Source: an uncultured SAR86 cluster bacterium
GTDB taxonomy: Bacteria; Pseudomonadota; Gammaproteobacteria; Magnimaribacterales; D2472
Direction of reading: 5' to 3'
Assembly (NCBI GenBank): GCA_902525635.1
Contig: CABZHV010000001.1
Span: 76,347-140,346 of the forward strand
DNA length: 64,000 nt
The notes beneath the pieces are model-generated. The model searched no databases. It saw nothing but the letters and a program-made list of their open reading frames with translations, and was not told the origin of the DNA. The position numbers were made by a program, and so were the translations under genes. Each line of letters starts with the position of its first letter. The stretch's first letter is position 1. Of the stretch, positions 38,291 to 47,911 are shown piece after piece.

Positions 38291-39985
38291 ATGGAACAAT
38301 TTAATACTTTTTTAGTATTGCTTGATAGCAATCTTAGCGGTTCTTGGTGGTTTCCTGCACTTTTAATAGGTACAGGTATATTTTTTACTATTTATTTAGG
38401 TTTTCCTCAATTTAAATACTTTAAGAGTGCATTTAAAATTGTTTCTGGTAAAAACAATGATGAATCAGATGGAGAAACAACAGGATTTCAAGCACTAACA
38501 ACCGCAATGTCTGGTGCTGTTGGTACTGGAAATATTGGTGGAGTTGCTCTAGCAATATGGACAGGTGGTCCGGCAGCAATATTTTGGATGTGGATTACAG
38601 CAATATTTGGAATGACTACAAAGTATGTTGAGGTAACACTTGGACATAAATATAGAACTAAATTAAGTGATGGCTCTATATCTGGTGGACCAATGTATTA
38701 CATTGAACAAGGTCTTGATTTTAAATGGAATGGCATAAAGTTTCCATCCAAATTCGTAGCAATTTTATTTGCTTTTTTCATGATGATAACTGCTATTGGA
38801 TCTGGAAATATGCCACAAATCAATAATATCGCTCTTGTAATGAATACAGAATTCTCAATACCAAAGTTATTTACAGGTTTATTTCTAGGAATTTTATTGT
38901 GGATAATCATTATTGGTGGAATTAAAAGAATTGCATCGGTAGCTAGTAAAATTATTCCTATTATGGGCCTTATATATTTTGGTGGCGCTCTGATAATCCT
39001 TATAGAAAATTATCAGAATGTTATTCCATCATTTAATGCAATATTTTCACAATTATTTACTGGTTCTGCAGCTGTTGGAGGATTTCTAGGCGCCAGTTTT
39101 GCAATGAGTTTAAAATATGGAGTTGCGAGAGGACTTTATTCAAATGAAGCTGGTCAGGGCTCATCACCTATCGCTCATGCATCATCAAAGAATAAATCAA
39201 TTGATCAGGGAGTTGTTTCAATTTTAGAACCTTTTATAGATACAATTGTAGTATGTAGCGTAACAGCATTAGTAATTTTATCTAGTGGGGTTTGGACACA
39301 AAAATTTGATACAACATTTTCAAAAACAGATTTAGTTATACTTCAAGGCACTTACAGTGATGAAAAAAATATTGATGGAACATATTTGTATCCAAATCAA
39401 ATCAATGAACTTACAAATTATGTTCAATCTATTAATTCAAATGTAATTGAATATAATGGGCTACTCGAAGTTGAAGAGGGAACAATAACTGACAAAAATA
39501 TTACAGTTATTCATTCAAGATCTATCGCTGAAGATATATCTGTAAGAGATAGTGATTTTGATGGTGAGTTATATTCAGGCTCAGTTAAAGTAGTAAACGG
39601 AAAATTGGCAGAACAAGTTGTATTTAGTGGAAAATCTCTTGTTAGTTCTGCTGAGTTAACAGCAAAGGCATTCTCACAGGGAATTATGGGTGAATGGGGT
39701 GGAAAGCTTGTTGCAATAGCTTTGTTGCTATTTGCTTTCTCTACCTCCATAACTTGGTGTTATTACGGCGATAGGTCGACTGCGTACATTTTTGGAGAAA
39801 GGGGCGTGATATGGTACAGAAACTTTTATGTGCTTTGTTTTGTGCTTGCAGCTGTAATTGATACCACTGTTGTATGGAATATTGCATATGTAGTTGTTGC
39901 ATTGGTATCAATTCCTAATCTTATTGCTATGTTTTTCTTGCGAAAAGAGATGAAAATTTTATCAGATGAATTTGTAATTAAATAA
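38291..39985 (+). CDS. Alanine/glycine:cation symporter (AGCS family) carrying a large loop insertion
   Basis: FQALTTAMSGAVGTGNIGGVA and SNEAGQGSSPIAHA are AGCS hallmarks. 564 aa. Confidence 0.9.
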   Translation: MEQFNTFLVLLDSNLSGSWWFPALLIGTGIFFTIYLGFPQFKYFKSAFKIVSGKNNDESDGETTGFQALTTAMSGAVGTGNIGGVALAIWTGGPAAIFWMWITAIFGMTTKYVEVTLGHKYRTKLSDGSISGGPMYYIEQGLDFKWNGIKFPSKFVAILFAFFMMITAIGSGNMPQINNIALVMNTEFSIPKLFTGLFLGILLWIIIIGGIKRIASVASKIIPIMGLIYFGGALIILIENYQNVIPSFNAIFSQLFTGSAAVGGFLGASFAMSLKYGVARGLYSNEAGQGSSPIAHASSKNKSIDQGVVSILEPFIDTIVVCSVTALVILSSGVWTQKFDTTFSKTDLVILQGTYSDEKNIDGTYLYPNQINELTNYVQSINSNVIEYNGLLEVEEGTITDKNITVIHSRSIAEDISVRDSDFDGELYSGSVKVVNGKLAEQVVFSGKSLVSSAELTAKAFSQGIMGEWGGKLVAIALLLFAFSTSITWCYYGDRSTAYIFGERGVIWYRNFYVLCFVLAAVIDTTVVWNIAYVVVALVSIPNLIAMFFLRKEMKILSDEFVIK

Positions 39986-40004
39986 AATACATAAATTATT
40001 CATA

Positions 40005-40991
40005 ATGCATAACTTAAGATATTTTATTTTTCTTATAGTGGTTTCATGTGGCGGTGGCACATCGTTGGTTTTAGATGATGAAAGTTCTTCCAATAATTCC
40101 ATATTTCAATATGTTTATATCCCGCCAACTGGTAAATCTAATGAAAACTGTGTTTCAAAAAGCAACAATGTTACGTGGCAAGAGGATTTTACAAACTCAG
40201 AATTAGATAATTCTAAATGGTCTTATGACGAAGGCTGTAATAATAATGGGGGTGGGTGCAACGGAAATAACGAATATCAAAACTATACTGCAAACGATAA
40301 AGAAAACTTGTTTATTGAAAACGGATTATTAAAAATTCAACCAATATATGAAATAAATACAGGCTCTGATAACGTCACTCAGAATTTTACATCCGCAAAA
40401 ATTATGACAAAAGATAAATTTGCTATTGAAGTTAACTCTAGAGTAACAGCATGTTTTAGAGTACCAGAAGGAACAGGTCTATGGCCAGCAATATGGATGT
40501 TGCCATTTGATAATACTCCTTGGCCTAGCGGTGGTGAAATTGATTTATTAGAAGCAAAAGGTAGATCATATCCTGTTGATGGACTGCCTGATCAATCAAC
40601 TATAGTAAGTTCAGCTGTTCATTTTGGAACAGAATGGCCTGATCATAGGTATATAGTTAATGAATTTAATTCATCTATAGATAATTCATTTCAAGATTAT
40701 TTTCATTCAGTCACTTTGATTTTTCTACAAGACAAAATTGATATTTACATTGATGATGAGACATCACCACATCTATCAATTGACCCAGTTACTTATCCTC
40801 TTAATCAATATAATTATCCATTTAACAGAGAATATTACTTGATCTTAAATGTTGCTGTTGGAGGTAATTTTGATGGTGGTCGTGTTGAACCTTCAGAAAT
40901 CTGTAGTGATCCAAATTGTTCAAATTTTAATGAAGATCCAGATACCAAAAGATTTATAGTCGATTGGATAGAATATGAAAAATTAGATTAA
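40005..40991 (+). CDS. Glycoside hydrolase family 16 lipoprotein (laminarinase/beta-glucanase-like)
   Basis: Lipobox IVVSCGG, WPAIWMLP and the catalytic GGEIDLLE (ExDxxE) are present. Confidence 0.85.
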   Translation: MHNLRYFIFLIVVSCGGGTSLVLDDESSSNNSIFQYVYIPPTGKSNENCVSKSNNVTWQEDFTNSELDNSKWSYDEGCNNNGGGCNGNNEYQNYTANDKENLFIENGLLKIQPIYEINTGSDNVTQNFTSAKIMTKDKFAIEVNSRVTACFRVPEGTGLWPAIWMLPFDNTPWPSGGEIDLLEAKGRSYPVDGLPDQSTIVSSAVHFGTEWPDHRYIVNEFNSSIDNSFQDYFHSVTLIFLQDKIDIYIDDETSPHLSIDPVTYPLNQYNYPFNREYYLILNVAVGGNFDGGRVEPSEICSDPNCSNFNEDPDTKRFIVDWIEYEKLD

Positions 40992-41995
40992 TTTTTTTGA
41001 AGCAAAGAAACGATTTCTAAATGTTGGGTATTAGGGAATTGATCAAAAAGCTCTATTTTTTTGATTTTATGTTTTTTTAAAAAATTGATATCTCTTAAAT
41101 AAGTTTCAGGATTGCAAGAAATGTAGATTATATTCTTAAAATTACCAACCATTTCAATTGTTTTTTTAGTCAAACCTGATCTAGGAGGATCTACAAGTAC
41201 ATGAGAAAAATTATATTTATCAATATTAATATCTTTTGTTCGATTGAATTTCCTTCCCATTAATAATTCATATACTTCATCATCTGAAAGCCTCACATAA
41301 GTAACATTAAAAATATTATTTTTATCTAATCCTTTTTTTATACATTTAATAGATTCTCTATTATTTTCAGAGGCTAAAATTTTATTACAAGTGTATGATA
41401 TCGGCATAGTAAAGGTTCCAATTCCACAATATAACTCAAGAATATCCTCTGCATCATCTATGAATTCAACTACTTTTTTAATCATATAGTCCAACAAAAA
41501 CTTATTAGGTTGATAAAAACAATTGTCTGTTTGATATAGATTTATGTTTTTATATTCAATCGCACTCTTAAAATATTTACTTGAGGTTGAGAATAAAAAA
41601 TTTTTTGACCTTAATATTATCTTAATCTTAAGTTGTGATGACAAATTTTTAATTTCATTTATCAAATCATCACTAATTTCTTTGTGATAAATCAAAGTTA
41701 CCATTACCTCATTTAAATTATTTGTTCTAAAATTTACTTGAAACAGTTTAGTTTTGATCCTTTTTGACTTATTTATTTGCTCCAATAAAATTGGCATTAA
41801 GTATTGTATTTGCCTAGCAGCACTCCTAAAAGTAGTTATATAAATTTTTTCTGAGCCTTGATACATAACGTATTTATCATTTTGATAAGTAAATTCACAT
41901 CTGTTTCTATAAGACGAGGATGGACTAAAATATGTAATTACTTTATTGGGAAATATAGAATTTAATTTTTTTTTAAATCTTTCTAATTTATTCAT
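40988..41995 (-). CDS. trmA: tRNA/tmRNA (uracil-C5)-methyltransferase
   Basis: VDPPRSGL and the nucleophile motif YISCNP are present. 335 aa. Confidence 0.85.
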   Translation of the reverse strand: MNKLERFKKKLNSIFPNKVITYFSPSSSYRNRCEFTYQNDKYVMYQGSEKIYITTFRSAARQIQYLMPILLEQINKSKRIKTKLFQVNFRTNNLNEVMVTLIYHKEISDDLINEIKNLSSQLKIKIILRSKNFLFSTSSKYFKSAIEYKNINLYQTDNCFYQPNKFLLDYMIKKVVEFIDDAEDILELYCGIGTFTMPISYTCNKILASENNRESIKCIKKGLDKNNIFNVTYVRLSDDEVYELLMGRKFNRTKDINIDKYNFSHVLVDPPRSGLTKKTIEMVGNFKNIIYISCNPETYLRDINFLKKHKIKKIELFDQFPNTQHLEIVSLLQKN

Positions 41996-42156
41996 ATAAT
42001 TGAAATTGTAATAATTAAAATTAGTACTATAAAAACAATATTAAGTGTTATGAATAAAAATATTACTTTCATCAAAGTTATTTTTTTAAGATCTTTAGAA
42101 AGTTGTTCTTTTTTCCTTATTCCTAAAAAAGAACTTATAATTCTTAATAACCACAT
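41992..42156 (-). CDS. DUF2970-like small membrane protein, 54 aa, not in the ORF track
   Basis: Hand translation gives MWLLRIISSFLGIRKKEQLSKDLKKITLMKVIFLFITLNIVFIVLILIITISII. The W..I.S.LG.R opening plus a C-terminal TM helix fits DUF2970. An ATGA overlap links it to the trmA start. Confidence 0.6.
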   Translation of the reverse strand: MWLLRIISSFLGIRKKEQLSKDLKKITLMKVIFLFITLNIVFIVLILIITISII

Positions 42157-42162
42157 TTATAC

Positions 42163-42753
42163 ATGAGTAAATTAATTAACATTACAAGGTCTGCTGAAGA
42201 ATATCTTGCTAAATTAATACAAGACAAAAATGAAACAGATTTATCAATAAGAATCTTCATATCTGATCCTGGTACTCCCAAAGCTGAGACTTGTCTAGCT
42301 TATTGTAAACCAGATGAATCAATGCCTGATGACATAATTATCAATTTGGAGCTTATTAATGTAAATCTTGAAAAAAGAAGCATACCATTTTTGAAAGACT
42401 GCGAAGTAAATTTTGATAATGATACTTTTGGGGGTCAACTTACAATTAAGGCACCAAATGCTAGAGTGCCAAATATATCACCTGATAGTCCTGTTGAGGA
42501 TCGGATAAACTATGTAATTTATAATGAAATCAATCCGATGTTGGAATCTCATGGTGGAGAGGTCAGTCTCGTAGAATTCAATAATGAAAATATTGCAGTT
42601 TTACAATTTGGAGGTGGTTGTCAAGGTTGTGGAATGGTTGACTTAACCTTAAAAGATGGAATTGAAAAAACTCTAGTCGAACAGATCCCTGAAGTAAAAG
42701 CAGTTAAAGACACAACAGATCATTCTGTAAATGATAACGCATATTATAAATAA
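42163..42753 (+). CDS. nfuA: Fe-S cluster carrier protein NfuA
   Basis: It aligns along its length with E. coli NfuA: INPGTP-like SDPGTPKAE, LTIKAPNA and GGGCQGCGM CxxC. Confidence 0.92.
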   Translation: MSKLINITRSAEEYLAKLIQDKNETDLSIRIFISDPGTPKAETCLAYCKPDESMPDDIIINLELINVNLEKRSIPFLKDCEVNFDNDTFGGQLTIKAPNARVPNISPDSPVEDRINYVIYNEINPMLESHGGEVSLVEFNNENIAVLQFGGGCQGCGMVDLTLKDGIEKTLVEQIPEVKAVKDTTDHSVNDNAYYK

Positions 42754-43398
42754 CTAAATTTCATTTATAGATACAATAACTCCAAAGTGGGGATGGTCAA
42801 AAAAGTGAATCTCATTATCAAAAATTCTTTTTTCAACATCAATAAATATTTTTATATTATTGTTACTATTTTCTAAAGTGCCTAAATACGATTTTAGAAC
42901 TATGTGCATAAATCTTTTTTTGTAAAATTTTAGAAAAAATCCATATTTTTTTTTGTCTTCATATTGTAAAAATTTTGATGATTCTAAACTTGGTATTGTT
43001 TGTATCCATGATTTGGAGTCAATTAACTGATATTCAGAATTTTGATTAATCTTATTTTTTAATTTTTCTAATATATTTAAGTCTGAACTATCTCTAAAAA
43101 TAGGTTCTGGTAGCATCGATAAACTAAGCTCATTATTACTGAATAGATTTTCATAATAGCTAGACATATTTGAAAAATTACTATATTCGAATTCTTTTTT
43201 TGAAGAATTTTGATCAGACAAATAAATAATATCCTTAAAGGGTATCTCTAATGTGCTTTTGAAGGTTTCATTAGTTTCAAAGTCAGCGTACTTGAAAATA
43301 ATTAATTCAACTTTGAATTCATTAATAGCATTATCTTGACCGAATAAAAGACATGGCAACATAAATAAAAAAAGAAAATTAAATTTATAACAATTCAT
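42754..43398 (-). CDS. Secreted hypothetical protein, CsiV-like
   Basis: The signal peptide is followed by EFKVELIIFKY, resembling the opening of CsiV-family proteins. It overlaps the mfd stop by 14 nt. This is a pattern-level call only. Confidence 0.45.
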   Translation of the reverse strand: MNCYKFNFLFLFMLPCLLFGQDNAINEFKVELIIFKYADFETNETFKSTLEIPFKDIIYLSDQNSSKKEFEYSNFSNMSSYYENLFSNNELSLSMLPEPIFRDSSDLNILEKLKNKINQNSEYQLIDSKSWIQTIPSLESSKFLQYEDKKKYGFFLKFYKKRFMHIVLKSYLGTLENSNNNIKIFIDVEKRIFDNEIHFFDHPHFGVIVSINEI

Positions 43399-46300
43399 CT
43401 AAAAGTAAATTAACATTTTTTCTTCTAATATTTGAGTCTAATTCATTTAATTTATATATAAACTTATGACTTCGATCAATTTGATATTTTTCTGGATACT
43501 TAGCAGCTAAATTAATGAGCTTATTTAATAACAAGTCACTAATATTATTTGTTAGTTCTATATTGGTATTTTTTTGATTAGATTTGACAGACTTGATTCC
43601 ATTTTTTACTAATCGTAAATTTATTTTTTTATTATCAATTAAATTTAATGTTTCCTTTGGTATTTTTCCACATCTATCTTCTAAATTTGAAGATAAAATT
43701 TTAAGGTCATCATGTGATTCAACATTATTTATTTTTTTATAAATTTTTAATCTTTCAATAGGCGAGGGCAAATAATTCTCATTTATATAAGCTGAATCAT
43801 AAAAATTAATTTCTATATCGAGATTTATATTGTTAACCCCTTCTTTTTGAGATTTAATCGCATCTTTTAACATTGATAAGTATAAAGACATTCCAATATT
43901 ATCAATATGACCACTTTGTTTATCACCAAGCATCTCGCCTCCACCTCTTATTTCAAGATCTTCTTGAGCTATCATGAAACCCTCTCCGAGATTTGAATGT
44001 CTTATTATTGAATCTAACCTATTTCTTGATAACTTTGGAATATCCATAGTCGGTATTAAAAAGTAACAATAACCTTGTTTTTGAGATCTTCCGACTCTTC
44101 CGCGTAATTGGTGAAGTTGAGAGAGCCCAAAATTATGTGAATTTATTATTATCATAGTATTTGCATTTGAAATATCTAAACCCATCTCAATAATTGTTGT
44201 ACATATCAATCCATCAATTTCACCATTTTTAAATTCATTCATTATTTTTCTAATCTCTACTTTAGATAACCTTCCATGAGCAATTGCTACATTGAAATTA
44301 GGGAGTATATAATCTATTTCTTTTTTCAGAGCTTCCATTTTACTTATATCATTTTGAACAATAAAACATTGTCCACCTCTAATCTTCTCCCGTGAAAGAG
44401 CTTCTTTAAGAAGTTGAGATGTTTGAACTTTAAGAAATGACTTTATACTGACTCTATTAGCTGGAGGAGTCTGCAAGAATGAAAACTCCTTTAATCCTGA
44501 AAATACTAGATTCATTGTTCTTGGTATTGGCGTTGCTGATAAATAAAGAATATGAATATTTGATTGTTTATCTTTAATATAATTTTTTTGTTTAATACCA
44601 AACTTGTGTTCTTCATCAATCACAAGAAGTCCTGTATTGCCAAAATTGATATTGTTGTTAAAAACAATATGTGTGGTTATTAAAATATCAATTTTTTTAC
44701 TATTAAACTCTTGAATAATCTTATCTTTATTTTTTTTTGTGTTAAACCTATTTAATTTTTGAATAGAAACCGGAAAGTTTTCAAATCTTTTTAAAAATGA
44801 ATTATAGTGTTGCTCACACAAGATTGTACTTGGAGTTATGACTATAACTTGTTTATCAGAAAAAACTGAAATAAAAGCAGATCTCATTGCAACTTCTGTT
44901 TTACCAAATCCGACATCACCACACAAAACTCTGTTCATTGGTTTGACTAAAGATAAGTCTTTTTTTATTGATAAAATTGATTCTAATTGATCTGGAGTTT
45001 CAATATAGGGAAACTCATTTTCAAAATCTGATAATAACTTTTCATCAACTTTTAAACTTGTTGAGTTTGAGTTATTCCTTCTTGATTCAATATCTAATAT
45101 TTCTGCAGCATGATCAAATACTCTATTAGCAGCTTTTTTCTTTTTTACCGACCACTTAGATGAGGAAAGTGAATCTAAATTAACATCAACATCAGCATTT
45201 TTATGATAATTTGAAATTTTACTTATATTTTTTAAGGGCACATATAAAATCTCATTGTCTGCATAAATTATTTTAAGATATTCACCAAACCTATTATCTG
45301 CCTTAATTAACTCCAATCCGTCATATATACCTAATCCGTAATCCTCATGAATGACAAAATCTTTTTTATCAAACAAATCATATAATCTCTCCTTTTTAAT
45401 TGTTTGTCTGTTTGAAACTTGGATTTTATAGGTTGATTTATTTACGAATTCTTTATGGATAATTAGTATATTTTTATCAAGAACATGCATAGGTCTTACA
45501 ATTTCACCATACATTATCGATATATCTTTATGTATTTCATTTATATGATTAATCACTGAAGCTTTCGTGGAATACTTCACTTTTAATTTCTCAAGTTCTG
45601 ATGGAATAGATGTGATGATTACAACTTTTTTATCAATCACTTTTGATAAAAGAGATTCTTCTAATTCTTTAAAAGAATTATATTTAAAGTTAATTTCATC
45701 AGTTTCTAAAGTATGTATTGATGATATAAACTCAAAAATATCATCAGAATTTACAAATAAATCAGATGGTTTTATTAGTGGTCTATTTGAATCATTTGTT
45801 TCATCTTTAAATCTCTCATTTATTAACAATTCGTAATTTCCAACTTCATCAATTAGTTCATCGCACTTTATATAGTCATATTCACAAAAAAGCTCTTTAA
45901 ATGAGCATGTTTCATTAAAAAAAAAGGGGAAATACACCTCAACACCCTCAGGGTTTTTAAAATTCTTTATTTCTTGAAAAATACTGCAGTATCTTTCATC
46001 CTCATTGACAAAATAATCTCTCCATCTATCAATAAACATTGATATTTTATTATCATCAAGGTTAAAAAAACTTCCTTTGGATAGAGAAAATTTATCTAGT
46101 TTTTTGATAGAGAGCTGTGATTCAACATCAAAGAATCTTATTGATTCTATTTGTTCATCAAATATCTCAATTCTTAGTGGATTTTTATACATAGGAGAAT
46201 AAATATCTGTTATTCCACCTCTTACTGAATATTCGTTGATATTTTCTATATTTACTTTTTTTTGATAGTTTAATGATTCAATAATTTTAATTAAATTTTC

Positions 46301-46666
46301 TGTTGATAGTTTGTCACCTAAATTAAAATTTTCTCTTGATTTATAAAAATGCCTATTAGGAAATTTCTCAAATAAATTTTTTACGGAACTTATTAAAATA
46401 TGTTTAGTTTTTTTGCTTTCATTAATAATTTTAAATCTTTCTTTCGTAATTTTTTCAGGAATTGAAAAGTGATCATATGGAAGAATATCATTTTCAGGAA
46501 AGTAACTTATTAACTCTTTATCCATTAATAGACATAATTCGTTATAAATATATTTTGATTCAAAGCTATCCTTTGCAATCAGGCATATAGAATTAGTAGA
46601 TTTATCAAAATATTCGCTAATACAATATGCATAATTTTGATAATTAATTTGTTTATTTTTAAGCAT
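43385..46666 (-). CDS. mfd: Transcription-repair coupling factor
   Basis: 1093 aa. Helicase motifs GDVGFGKTEVA, DEEHKFG and QLRGRVGRS are present, with a CarD-like central region. Confidence 0.97.
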   Translation of the reverse strand: MLKNKQINYQNYAYCISEYFDKSTNSICLIAKDSFESKYIYNELCLLMDKELISYFPENDILPYDHFSIPEKITKERFKIINESKKTKHILISSVKNLFEKFPNRHFYKSRENFNLGDKLSTENLIKIIESLNYQKKVNIENINEYSVRGGITDIYSPMYKNPLRIEIFDEQIESIRFFDVESQLSIKKLDKFSLSKGSFFNLDDNKISMFIDRWRDYFVNEDERYCSIFQEIKNFKNPEGVEVYFPFFFNETCSFKELFCEYDYIKCDELIDEVGNYELLINERFKDETNDSNRPLIKPSDLFVNSDDIFEFISSIHTLETDEINFKYNSFKELEESLLSKVIDKKVVIITSIPSELEKLKVKYSTKASVINHINEIHKDISIMYGEIVRPMHVLDKNILIIHKEFVNKSTYKIQVSNRQTIKKERLYDLFDKKDFVIHEDYGLGIYDGLELIKADNRFGEYLKIIYADNEILYVPLKNISKISNYHKNADVDVNLDSLSSSKWSVKKKKAANRVFDHAAEILDIESRRNNSNSTSLKVDEKLLSDFENEFPYIETPDQLESILSIKKDLSLVKPMNRVLCGDVGFGKTEVAMRSAFISVFSDKQVIVITPSTILCEQHYNSFLKRFENFPVSIQKLNRFNTKKNKDKIIQEFNSKKIDILITTHIVFNNNINFGNTGLLVIDEEHKFGIKQKNYIKDKQSNIHILYLSATPIPRTMNLVFSGLKEFSFLQTPPANRVSIKSFLKVQTSQLLKEALSREKIRGGQCFIVQNDISKMEALKKEIDYILPNFNVAIAHGRLSKVEIRKIMNEFKNGEIDGLICTTIIEMGLDISNANTMIIINSHNFGLSQLHQLRGRVGRSQKQGYCYFLIPTMDIPKLSRNRLDSIIRHSNLGEGFMIAQEDLEIRGGGEMLGDKQSGHIDNIGMSLYLSMLKDAIKSQKEGVNNINLDIEINFYDSAYINENYLPSPIERLKIYKKINNVESHDDLKILSSNLEDRCGKIPKETLNLIDNKKINLRLVKNGIKSVKSNQKNTNIELTNNISDLLLNKLINLAAKYPEKYQIDRSHKFIYKLNELDSNIRRKNVNLLLDELL

Positions 46667-46727
46667 CTAGTTGTGTATAATGAGGTCCTTATTCTATCAA
46701 TCAAATTAAATATATAAAGAAATAATT

Positions 46728-47909
46728 ATGGATATAAACTTTAGCAAAGAAGATAGTGCTTTTAGAGATGAGGTTAGGGATTGGCTCTCTAATGATTATC
46801 CTAAGCATGTAAAAGAAAAAACTGATAATGGTATAACAATCACTAAAGAGGATTTAGTTGATTTTCATAAAGCATTATCTAAAAAGGGTTGGATGGGTTA
46901 TAACTGGCCAGTTGAATATGGTGGAACTGGATGGTCTGCCTCAAAATTATATATATTCAATAAGGAACTTGGTTTGGCAGGTTGTCCTCCAATACTACCA
47001 TTTGGTGTTGGAATGGTTGGTCCTGTTATTTATACCTTTGGTAATGAAGAGCAAAAAGAAAGATTTTTACCTGATATTCTAAATTTTAATACTTGGTGGT
47101 GCCAAGGTTACTCAGAACCAGGATCAGGATCGGATCTAGCGTCACTCAAGACCAAAGCTGTTTTAAGAAACGATCTTGATGAAGATTATTATGTTGTGAA
47201 TGGCTCAAAAACATGGACAACTCTTGCGCAAAATGCAGATTGGATTTTTTGTCTTGTAAGAACAGATAATAGTGGAATAAAACAAGAGGGTATTTCATTC
47301 TTGTTAATTGATATGAAGTCTCCAGGTATTGAAGTTAAACCGATTATAACTATTGATGGTGATCATGAAGTAAATTCAGTGTTTTTAACTGATGTAAAAG
47401 TTCCAGCCAAAAATCTTATCGGTGAGGAAGGAAAGGGATGGACATACGCAAAATTTTTATTAGCGCATGAGAGATTTGGTATTGCAGGTGTTGGCGCATC
47501 AATGCGACAACTTAATAGACTAAAAGATATTATTTCAAAATTAGATAATCCTGATTTAAAAAGGAAAGTTAATGATTTAGAAGTTGCACTCTCAGCAATT
47601 GAAATTACCGAGTTAAGATTGCTATCTGCATTAGAAAATGGTGGTCATCCTGGTGCAGAATCATCAATATTGAAAATCAAAGGAACTGAAATGCAGCAAG
47701 CTTTATCTGAATTATTTGTTGAAGCTTCAGGGGAATATGCTCTTATGTATCCTGGTCCTAAAGGATATGAGAATAATGATAAACCAGCAGGACCTGACTA
47801 TGCTGCAGAGGGATTATCAGGATTTTTGAATTTAAGAAAAACTTCTATATATGGAGGAAGTAACGAGATTCAAAAAAACATTCTTTCTAAGTTTGTTCTC
47901 GGTGTCTAA
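46728..47909 (+). CDS. Acyl-CoA dehydrogenase family protein (393 aa)
   Basis: The ACAD fold pattern includes WCQGYSEPGSGSD, the GSKTWTT-type middle domain and C-terminal IYGGSNEIQ. Confidence 0.9.
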   Translation: MDINFSKEDSAFRDEVRDWLSNDYPKHVKEKTDNGITITKEDLVDFHKALSKKGWMGYNWPVEYGGTGWSASKLYIFNKELGLAGCPPILPFGVGMVGPVIYTFGNEEQKERFLPDILNFNTWWCQGYSEPGSGSDLASLKTKAVLRNDLDEDYYVVNGSKTWTTLAQNADWIFCLVRTDNSGIKQEGISFLLIDMKSPGIEVKPIITIDGDHEVNSVFLTDVKVPAKNLIGEEGKGWTYAKFLLAHERFGIAGVGASMRQLNRLKDIISKLDNPDLKRKVNDLEVALSAIEITELRLLSALENGGHPGAESSILKIKGTEMQQALSELFVEASGEYALMYPGPKGYENNDKPAGPDYAAEGLSGFLNLRKTSIYGGSNEIQKNILSKFVLGV

Positions 47910-47911
47910 TA

